A DNA stretch of 29,377 nt, taken from the IMG/VR virus record IMGVR_UViG_3300038988_000159, positions 1 to 29,377 of that record; one strand, given 5' to 3'. This DNA comes from a virus. Lineage: Duplodnaviria > Caudoviricetes. Shown here one piece after another: positions 22,238 through 29,377 of the stretch. The position numbers were made by a program, and so were the translations under genes. The notes under the pieces were generated by a model. It was not told the DNA's origin, made no database searches, and worked only from the letters and a program-made list of their open reading frames with translations. Within the stretch, counting starts at the first letter, position 1. Each line of letters begins with the position of its first letter.

Positions 22238-23659
22238 ATGGCCAGCAAGAACATCACCTTCGACGCGATCCCGGCCAGCATCCGCAAGCCGGGCAAGTAT
22301 TTCGAGTTCAACACGGCCCTGGCCGTGCGCACCCTGCCCGCCAATGCGCAGCTCGTGCTCATCGTGGCGCAGCGCCTGGCCGCGGGCAGCGTCCCGGCCC
22401 TGACGCCGGTGAACGTGTTCTCGGACGTCCAGGCCGCCGGATACTTCGGCCAGGGCAGCGTGGCCCACCGCATGGTCCGGGCCCTGCTCACCTGCTACGC
22501 CTACCTGGACGTCACGGTCGTCGCCGTGGACGACGACGCCGCGGGCGTCGCCGCGGCCGGAACCGTGACCATCACCGGCCCGGCCACCGGGTCCGGCCTG
22601 GTCACCCTGCGCGTGGGCGCGGACACGGTCCGGATCGCGGCCGAGTCCGGGGACACGGCCACGGAAATCGTCGCGGCCCTGGCCGCCCAGGTGGCCCAGC
22701 AGCCCGACCTGCCGGTCACGGCGTCGGCCGCCGCCGGAGTGCTCACCCTCACGGCCAAGAACCAGGGCGCCCTGGGCAACCAGATCCCGCTCGCCGCGGT
22801 CTGCGAGGCCGCCGGGGTCTCGGCCATTGTCGCGGCCATGACGAACGGCGCGGCCGACCCGTCCATCGCCGACGCCTTGGCCGCCGTGTGGTCCTCGGGC
22901 CATGACGTCATTGTTACCCCGTACAACGACCAGACCTCGCTGACCGCCCTGCGCACCCACCTGGACAACGTGAGCGGCCCCCTGGAGCAGCGCGGCGCGG
23001 TGGGTGTGTACGCCACCACCGGCACCCTGGCCGCGGCCACGACCCTGGCCGGGCTCATCAACTCCGGCCGGATCACCGGCGGCCTGCTGCCCGGGACCAA
23101 AAGCCTGCCCTGCGAAGTCGCCGCGGCCTACGCCGCGCGCGTGGCCTTTGAGGAGGACCCGGCCCGGCCGCTGAACACCCTGGCCCTCACCGGCATCGAC
23201 GTCCCGGCCGTGGAGGACCGGCTGTCGCGCACCGAGCAGGAGAACGCCCTGCGCAACGGCGTCACGCCCCTGGAGGTCGGGCCCGGCGACGTGATCCAGA
23301 TCGTGCGGGCCATCACCACCTACACCGTGGACCCCCAGGGCATCGAGGACATCTCGCTGCTCGACCTGACCACCATCCGGACCCTGGACTACGTGCGCTA
23401 CGCCTGCCGCCAGCGCATCAGCCTGCGCTTCCCGCGCGAGAAGCTCTCCGCGCGGACCCCGGCCAAGGTCCGCTCCGAGCTGCTGGACGTGCTCTACAAG
23501 CTGGAGGAGCTGGAGATCGTCGAGGAGGTGGAGGCCAACAAGGACGGTCTGATCGTGGAGCGCGACCTCCAGGAACCCAACCGGCTCAACGCCAAGATTC
23601 CCTGCGACGTGGTCAACGGCCTGCACGTGTTCGCCGGTCGCATCGACCTGCTCCTGTAA
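22238..23659 (+). CDS. Tail sheath protein (Mu gpL-like)
   Basis: 'FDAIPASIRKPGKYFEF', 'EEDPARPLNTL', 'RAITTY', 'LLDLTTIRTLDYV'. Confidence 0.95.
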   Translation: MASKNITFDAIPASIRKPGKYFEFNTALAVRTLPANAQLVLIVAQRLAAGSVPALTPVNVFSDVQAAGYFGQGSVAHRMVRALLTCYAYLDVTVVAVDDDAAGVAAAGTVTITGPATGSGLVTLRVGADTVRIAAESGDTATEIVAALAAQVAQQPDLPVTASAAAGVLTLTAKNQGALGNQIPLAAVCEAAGVSAIVAAMTNGAADPSIADALAAVWSSGHDVIVTPYNDQTSLTALRTHLDNVSGPLEQRGAVGVYATTGTLAAATTLAGLINSGRITGGLLPGTKSLPCEVAAAYAARVAFEEDPARPLNTLALTGIDVPAVEDRLSRTEQENALRNGVTPLEVGPGDVIQIVRAITTYTVDPQGIEDISLLDLTTIRTLDYVRYACRQRISLRFPREKLSARTPAKVRSELLDVLYKLEELEIVEEVEANKDGLIVERDLQEPNRLNAKIPCDVVNGLHVFAGRIDLLL

Positions 23660-23677
23660 CCCGCGAAGGAGAACGCA

Positions 23678-24052
23678 ATGGCTCTGGAAGAATACGCCGG
23701 CTCCATCGTCCTGGAAATCGACGGCGTGGAAATCGACGTGGAGTCCCTGGACGAGACCAACCGCACCGGCCGCAAGCTGGTCAAGACCATGAACAAGACC
23801 GGCCGGGCCAAGGGGTTCAGCCGGGGCATCGCCGAGTACGAGCTGAAGGCCACGGTGGTCATCCCGCTCACCGGCGATCTGGACTGGGAGAATGTCGAGG
23901 GGGCCAAGATCACCATCTATCCCCTCAACGCCCTGGAGCAGCGCACCACCTACCAGGACTGCTTCGTCACCGAGGTGGGCAGCAAGTACACCGTGGACGG
24001 CGAGGCCAAGCGTGACCTCTCGATTCAGGCTCTGCGGAAGGTGGGCGAATGA
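23678..24052 (+). CDS. Tail tube protein
   Basis: 124-aa beta-rich protein directly after the sheath; SD AAGGAG. Confidence 0.85.
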   Translation: MALEEYAGSIVLEIDGVEIDVESLDETNRTGRKLVKTMNKTGRAKGFSRGIAEYELKATVVIPLTGDLDWENVEGAKITIYPLNALEQRTTYQDCFVTEVGSKYTVDGEAKRDLSIQALRKVGE

Positions 24053-24540
24053 GCGAGCTGCTGCAGAAGCTCAAGGCCGGGCGCTCGGCCGTGGCCCGGG
24101 TGAAGCTGGGGGAGGTGGAGCTGGGGCTCGTGGTGCTCACAGAGCAGGACTACCTGGAGTCCGGCTTGGAGAGCCTGGAGGCCATGAAGGCCGCCGGGCA
24201 CGACGCCGCCAACGTGGCCAACTCCGAATACTTCGAGCAGCTCAAGGCCACGGAGCTGCTCGTCCGGGCCGTGGTGGACCCGGCCACGGGCCAGCGGGTC
24301 TTCAAGACCGGCAAGGACCTGCGCGACGCCATCTCCAGGACCGAGAAGGCCTATTTGGTGGAGCGCTACGTGGACCACGAGCGCAACCACAGCCCGGCCG
24401 AGTGGAACATGGGCGAGGCCGAATTCGCGGCGCTGCTCGAGGAGGTAAAAAAAACGCCCGAGACGACTCGCTTGAACGATTTCGGTTCCGTTACGCTGAA
24501 AAGGCTCGTGCGCTCTTTGGCGTGCCCGCCCTCCAGCTGA
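24049..24540 (+). CDS. Tail assembly chaperone (a -1 frameshifted form would extend to 24695)
   Basis: Lies between tube and tape measure; A8 run at 24447-24454; the -1 frame stays open to TGA 24693-24695. Confidence 0.8.
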   Translation: MSELLQKLKAGRSAVARVKLGEVELGLVVLTEQDYLESGLESLEAMKAAGHDAANVANSEYFEQLKATELLVRAVVDPATGQRVFKTGKDLRDAISRTEKAYLVERYVDHERNHSPAEWNMGEAEFAALLEEVKKTPETTRLNDFGSVTLKRLVRSLACPPSS

Positions 24541-24681
24541 CGCGCGGGCAGTGGCTGTACGTCCTGGCCCTGGCCCTGGCCGAGGTCGAGGACGTGACCG
24601 GAGGGGGCGGCGAGCGCAAGCGCTACCGCTCCCTGCGGCGCAAGAATGGGCGGAAGACGGTGAACAAGGGCGGGGCGCATC

Positions 24682-26490
24682 GTGGCAAGCGGTGACATGA
24701 GGGTCTTCCTGCGGCTCGACTACGACGGGGGCCGCCTCACCTCGGGCCTGAACCAGGCCCAGGGGGCCATGCGCCGCTTCACCAGCTCCGCGCGCACCGG
24801 GCTCACGGCCCTGTCCGCGCAGATGAGCCGCCTGCACGCCGCAATCGGCGGCTTCTCCACCATCACCCGCTTGGCCGGGGGCTACTTCGGCATGCAGGGT
24901 CTGCGCCAGGTCATGCAGGCCAACCTGGAGTTCGAAAGAACGCTCCTCGAGGCCAAGCAGCTGGCGGGGATGAGCAACTCCCAGGCCGCGCAGATGCGCC
25001 GCGACGCCGTCGAGATATCCAAGCTGTACACGGCCTCGCCGCTGGAAACCGCCGGAGCCATGCAAAAGCTCGCCAACGCCGGGATGAAGTTCGAGGCCAT
25101 CAAGGGAACCATCCAGGAGTCCGCAAGGGCGGCGACAGCGTTCCGCTCCTCGGTCGAGGACATCGCCAACATGGACTTCGATCTGCAGGAGAAGCTCGGG
25201 ATCGACCCCGCGCGGATCAAGGAAGTCCACAACCTGCTCTACTACCACTCCAAGGCCGGACGGTTCGAAGCCAAGAGCATGAGCCAGTTCGCGCCCGTGT
25301 ACCTCAACGAGCTGAAACAGTGGGGCATCCGGGGAGTGGAGGGCGCGAATTTCGGCGGCGCGCTCTTGCAGACCCTCCAAAAGGTCGCCCCGGCGTCCGA
25401 GCCGGGCGAAACCGTGACCATTCTCAAGCACGGCCTGTCGCATCTGGCTGCCCCCCGCACCAGCAAACACTTGCGGGAAATGGGCATCGACGTGCGCAAG
25501 TACGCCCCTGGCGGCAAGTTCGGCAGCGTCGATGATCTGCTGGACCTGGTGGAGACCATGAAGGCCAAGGGCCTGCAGGACACCTTCAAGGCGGGCAAGG
25601 TCTTCCATGAGGAGCTGACCCGCAAGTTCTGGCTCCAGCTCATGGAGGACGCCGACGCCATCCGCGCTGGGATGGCCGAGGGCCGCAAGGCCATGCTGGA
25701 GGACATGGTCGGCCGCGATGTGGCCGAGATCATGGGCAGCGACTTCGGGAAGGTCCAGAAGAGCATGAACGCCCTGCAGCGCGGCGAGCTGTCCAAGCCC
25801 GGGAGCAAGGGCACCTCGGTCATGGCCCGGCTCTTCGAGTACGCCACCGAGCACCCCCTGCAGGCCCTCATGGGCGGCGGCGGCCTGTTCCTGGCCGGGC
25901 GCATGGCCTGGAACCGCTATCGTGGAGGCGGCGGTGGGGGCGGCGCGCTGGGCGGCCTGGCCGGAGCGGCCGGGGTCCAGCGCGTGTTCGTGGTCAATTT
26001 CCCAGGCATGGGCGGCAGCGGCGTCTTGTCCGGCGGCAAGGACCCCTTCGGTCTGGGGGGCGGCGGCGCGGCCGGTGGCGCGACGCGCGGCCTGTCCCGC
26101 TTGGGACGCGGCCTGGCCGGAGCCAAGGGCGCGTTCAAGATCGGCCTGCCTCTGGCCCTGCTCATGGGCGGGGTGGAGGCCTTCAACACCTGGTCCGATG
26201 ACTCGCTCTCGGCCGAGGCCAAGAAGACCGAGTACAGCCGCATCGCCGGGGGTACGGCCGGGGGGATCGCCGGGGCCTCGATTGGCGCGGGCATCGGCGC
26301 GCTGGTCGGCGGTGTGGGCGCGATCCCCGGGGCCTTGATCGGCGGCTGGCTGGGGCAATGGCTTGGCGAAAAGGCCGGGCAGGCCGCAGGGGAGAAGATT
26401 TTCAAGGTGGAGAACAAGATCGTTCTGGACGGCCGGGAGATCGCCCAGAGCGTCAACGAGTTCAACGAGCTGCAGGGGGCGCGGGAATAA
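24682..26490 (+). CDS. Tail tape measure protein
   Basis: 602 aa, Ala/Gly-rich helical, 'VQRVFVVNFPG', Gly-rich hydrophobic C-terminus; synteny. Confidence 0.9.
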   Translation: MASGDMRVFLRLDYDGGRLTSGLNQAQGAMRRFTSSARTGLTALSAQMSRLHAAIGGFSTITRLAGGYFGMQGLRQVMQANLEFERTLLEAKQLAGMSNSQAAQMRRDAVEISKLYTASPLETAGAMQKLANAGMKFEAIKGTIQESARAATAFRSSVEDIANMDFDLQEKLGIDPARIKEVHNLLYYHSKAGRFEAKSMSQFAPVYLNELKQWGIRGVEGANFGGALLQTLQKVAPASEPGETVTILKHGLSHLAAPRTSKHLREMGIDVRKYAPGGKFGSVDDLLDLVETMKAKGLQDTFKAGKVFHEELTRKFWLQLMEDADAIRAGMAEGRKAMLEDMVGRDVAEIMGSDFGKVQKSMNALQRGELSKPGSKGTSVMARLFEYATEHPLQALMGGGGLFLAGRMAWNRYRGGGGGGGALGGLAGAAGVQRVFVVNFPGMGGSGVLSGGKDPFGLGGGGAAGGATRGLSRLGRGLAGAKGAFKIGLPLALLMGGVEAFNTWSDDSLSAEAKKTEYSRIAGGTAGGIAGASIGAGIGALVGGVGAIPGALIGGWLGQWLGEKAGQAAGEKIFKVENKIVLDGREIAQSVNEFNELQGARE

Positions 26491-27674
26491 TGGCCTGGGC
26501 CGACAACCTGCTCGACGCCAGTTTCCGGGGGGTGCGCTTTGACTGCGTGGACGTGTCCGGGAGCGCCGACCGCGCCAACGCGGAACACTCCTGCCCATAC
26601 AAGGACGGCGCGAACATGGAGGACCTGGGCCGCGGGCCTCGGCGCTTCCGCATCGAGGCCGTCTTTTTCGGCGACAACTACGACTCCGCCATGCAGTCCT
26701 TCCTCAAGGCCCTGGACGAGGGAGGCGAGGGCGACCTGGTGCATCCCGTGCATGGGACCCTCAAGGCCACCGTGCTGCACTACGAGGACCGCCACACGGC
26801 GGACGAGGTCGATTGCTGCCGCATCGCCGTGGACTTCGCCGAATCCACGCCCGGCGCCAAACTCTTCGACCGGACCCTGGCTGTGCAGCGGGCCTCGGAC
26901 ATCGGCTCCTACACCAGCCTGTCGCGCCTGGCGGGCCTGTCCCTGCTCCGCACCTACGTTTCCAGGCTCAAGCGGACCCTTCACTCCACGGACGTGGTGA
27001 GCGGCGCGTCCCTGGACGCGCTGTCCGGCCTCCAGGCCTTGTCGCCCAGATCCGTGTTCTCGGGACTGGACGTGATCACGGACCCGGAATCCTGGGCCGC
27101 GGACCTGGCCGGGGCCTTCGGCGATATGCTGGACTCCTACTCCTGGTCCGAGGACAGCGCGTACTCGGACTGGAAATCCAGCCGCGCCAAGATCCACAGT
27201 CCACTCTCCGGCGTGGACGACGTCGAGGAGACGGCGGGAGTCTCGGCGGTCACCGAATACCTGGCCCTGGAGCGGGCCCTGGCCTCCGCCGACGCGGCCC
27301 AGGCCGTGCTGGAGTCCGAAGCGGACGCCCCCACGCTCTCCCCGGTGGAAATCGAGGAGGTCGCCGGGGGCGCGCGCGAGGATTTGGACGCCGCCATTGA
27401 GACCTACCGCGAGAATCACGGCATCGAGGAGTCCCGCCCGGTCACCGAGAGCCTCAAGGACGTGGCCCTGGCCGTGCAGGAGGCCGCCCAAGCCGTGATC
27501 ATGTCCAGGCCGTCCTTGGTGGAGCGCACCCTGACCGCCCCGGGCAATCTGCGGCTCATCGCCCACCGCCTCTACGGCGACCACAGCCGGGCCCCGGAGA
27601 TCTACCGGCTGAACCGGCCGCGCAACCCCAACACCCTGACCAATGGGGACACGCTCCATGTCTATGCGAGCTGA
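26490..27674 (+). CDS. DNA circularisation protein (Mu gpN-like)
   Basis: 'MAWADNLLDASFRGVRF', 'EDLGR', 'LVHPVHG', C-terminal 'LIAHRLYGDHSRA.EI..LN'; TAATG coupling. Confidence 0.92.
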   Translation: MAWADNLLDASFRGVRFDCVDVSGSADRANAEHSCPYKDGANMEDLGRGPRRFRIEAVFFGDNYDSAMQSFLKALDEGGEGDLVHPVHGTLKATVLHYEDRHTADEVDCCRIAVDFAESTPGAKLFDRTLAVQRASDIGSYTSLSRLAGLSLLRTYVSRLKRTLHSTDVVSGASLDALSGLQALSPRSVFSGLDVITDPESWAADLAGAFGDMLDSYSWSEDSAYSDWKSSRAKIHSPLSGVDDVEETAGVSAVTEYLALERALASADAAQAVLESEADAPTLSPVEIEEVAGGAREDLDAAIETYRENHGIEESRPVTESLKDVALAVQEAAQAVIMSRPSLVERTLTAPGNLRLIAHRLYGDHSRAPEIYRLNRPRNPNTLTNGDTLHVYAS

Positions 27675-28803
27675 CGACAAGCTGGCCCTGCTCATCGGCG
27701 GCAGGGTGCATGACGACTGGCAGGCCTACGAGGTGGAGTCGGATCTCCTGACCCCGGCCGACGCCTGGAGCGTGCGCCTTGCCATTCCGCAAGGCCAGAT
27801 CCCGGACATCGTCGCGGCGGGGGTGAAGGTTGAGGCCCGCGTCGGCGGGGAAACCGTGCTCACCGGCCGCGTGGACCGCGTTCGGCACCTCGTGGACAAG
27901 CGCAACCACTCCCTCGTGCTCACCGGCCGCGACGCCGCGGCCGTGCTCGTGGACTGCTCCGCGCCCATCTTCACGGCGCGCAAGGTGGACCTCGATGAGG
28001 TCATCGCCAAGGTGGTCCGGCCCCTGGGCATCACCAAGATCCGCATCGAGACGGCCGAGGCGCCCGAGGGCTGCGACAAGGTCAACGTGGAGCCCGGGGA
28101 AAAGGCCTGGGACGCGCTGGTCAATGCCGCCGAAGCCCGCGGACTCTGGCCCTGGTTCGAGCCGGACGGCACCCTGGTGGTCGGCGGGCCGGACTACTCC
28201 GCGGCGCCCGTGGCCAGCCTGATCCTGCGCCGCGCCCCAGGCGAGGACAACAACGTCCTGTCCCTGGAGGTGGAGACCTCGGTCGCCGACCGCTACAGCG
28301 ATGTCACGGTCCTGGGCCAGCATCCCGGGGATGAGGAGGAGGACGGCGCGGCCGACCTGCGCTTCACGGCCAAGGACTCCGACATGACCGCGCTCTGGAA
28401 GCGGCCGATGGTGACCGTGGACCACGACGCGGACAGCGAGGCCATCTGCCGCAGCCGGGCCCGCAAGCTCCTGGCCGACTCCCGCCTCACCGGCCTGACC
28501 ATCACCGCCCGGGTTCATGGCCACCGCATCGGCGACGGGGGCGCGCTTTGGCGGCCCGGCCAGCGCGTGGCCCTTGTCTCCGAGCCCCACGGCCTGGACG
28601 GCGTGTTTTTCCTCATGGCCAGGCGTTTCAGCCTGGACCGCCAGGAAGGCACCGTGACCACCCTGACGCTTAAGGAGGACAAGGTCTGGACCCTGGATGC
28701 CCACCCGCACAAGGGACGCAAGCGCCACGAGCTTTTTGAGGACGGCGAAGAGCCGGAAACCGAGACGACCCTGGGCCGCGAAAGGTGGGTGACATGGCAT
28801 TGA
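27664..28803 (+). CDS. Baseplate hub protein (Mu gpP/gp44-like)
   Basis: 'DWQAYEVESDLLTPADAW', 'GRDAAAVLVDCSAP', 'WFEPDGTLVVG', 'LWRPGQRV'. Confidence 0.92.
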   Translation: MRADDKLALLIGGRVHDDWQAYEVESDLLTPADAWSVRLAIPQGQIPDIVAAGVKVEARVGGETVLTGRVDRVRHLVDKRNHSLVLTGRDAAAVLVDCSAPIFTARKVDLDEVIAKVVRPLGITKIRIETAEAPEGCDKVNVEPGEKAWDALVNAAEARGLWPWFEPDGTLVVGGPDYSAAPVASLILRRAPGEDNNVLSLEVETSVADRYSDVTVLGQHPGDEEEDGAADLRFTAKDSDMTALWKRPMVTVDHDADSEAICRSRARKLLADSRLTGLTITARVHGHRIGDGGALWRPGQRVALVSEPHGLDGVFFLMARRFSLDRQEGTVTTLTLKEDKVWTLDAHPHKGRKRHELFEDGEEPETETTLGRERWVTWH

Positions 28804-29377
28804 GCCTGGCAAAACAGATCAATGCCTGCGTCCAGCGCGCCCTGGCGCGCATCCGCCTTGCGTTCCGGGCCGTGCTCACGGCCCTGGACACGGCCCCGCG
28901 CGTGAGCCTGGTCCAGGCCGAGGGCCTGTCCAGCGAGCAGCTCCAGGCCCTGGAGCTGTTCCAGCACTACGGCTTCACCAGCGCGCCGCCTCCCGGGACC
29001 ATGTGCGTGGTCCTGCCCCTGGGCGGACAGACGGCCCACGGCATCGTGGTGGCCACGGAACACGGGGCCTACCGCATCAAGAGCCTCCAATCCGGCGAAG
29101 TGGCCATCTACACCGACGAGGACCAGGCCGCGGACGGCTGCCGCATCGTGCTCCAGCGCGGCAATAAGATCGAAATCCAGGCCCGGGACATCGACATCCG
29201 AGCCGAGCACTTGCTCCACATCTCGGGCCGCGAGGTCGAGATCCACGCGGACGAGCGCCTGGAGACCGACGTCTACGGCTACGGAGAGGCGGTCAACTAC
29301 GGTTCCGGCGGCTACACCATCGATTCCTACCATGCCGGGGCCACGCCGTTGACCTCCATCGAGCACGGCATCCAGCC
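28794..29377 (+). CDS. Baseplate spike protein (Mu gp45 / gpV-like), truncated by the window end
   Basis: MALSLAKQINACVQRALARIR...'ELFQHYGFTSAPPPG...LPLGG...VVATEH..YR...LQSGEVAIY'; open to the end of the window. Confidence 0.9.
   Translation, partial: MALSLAKQINACVQRALARIRLAFRAVLTALDTAPRVSLVQAEGLSSEQLQALELFQHYGFTSAPPPGTMCVVLPLGGQTAHGIVVATEHGAYRIKSLQSGEVAIYTDEDQAADGCRIVLQRGNKIEIQARDIDIRAEHLLHISGREVEIHADERLETDVYGYGEAVNYGSGGYTIDSYHAGATPLTSIEHGIQ

Larger units (their letters stand above)
53..29377. mobile_element. Mu-like transposable prophage (B3/BcepMu-type organisation, contractile tail); left end present, right part outside the window
   Basis: DDE transposase plus AAA ATPase, Gam, GemA, Mor, then Mu-order late genes (gp25/26/27, TerL, portal, F, G, I, capsid, gp36-38, L, tube, TMP, N, P, gp45). 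TG at 53 or 55 is followed by direct repeats. Confidence 0.97.

Noticed and set aside
25920-26400. Gly-rich GGC repeats as a repeat element or separate glycine-zipper toxin
   Set aside because: In-frame part of the tape measure C-terminus, which is normal for this protein.

Overview
This window holds the left ~29 kb of a Mu-like (transposable), contractile-tailed prophage with the B3/BcepMu-type layout. The first ~52 bp are host DNA, probably an interrupted purine-nucleoside phosphorylase gene. The phage left end follows at about 53-55 (TG start, tandem direct repeats). Next is a leftward early/transposition operon (Mor, GemA/gp16, HU, Gam, AAA ATPase, DDE transposase, several HTH proteins) divergent from an S24-type CI repressor and an accessory membrane gene. 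The rightward late genes encode lysis, terminase, portal, MuF, protease/scaffold, capsid, neck, sheath, tube, tail chaperone, tape measure and baseplate, and run off the right edge. High GC and heavy TAG usage would fit a Desulfovibrionaceae-like host (inference only). The best lead is a MuF head protein with a C-terminal PBECR-like nuclease domain and no convincing immunity gene. It is immediately followed by a ~140-nt RNA folded on the opposite strand (three GNRA tetraloops, a three-way junction, a pseudoknot, its own sigma70-like promoter), a candidate RNA-antitoxin system. Also found: a complete type II hammerhead ribozyme in the early operon, two Mor/C boxes (one predicting a leaderless protease mRNA), nested or internal-start genes, an amber-interrupted ORF and a -1 frameshift site. 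Family calls come from motif recognition by eye; no searches were run.
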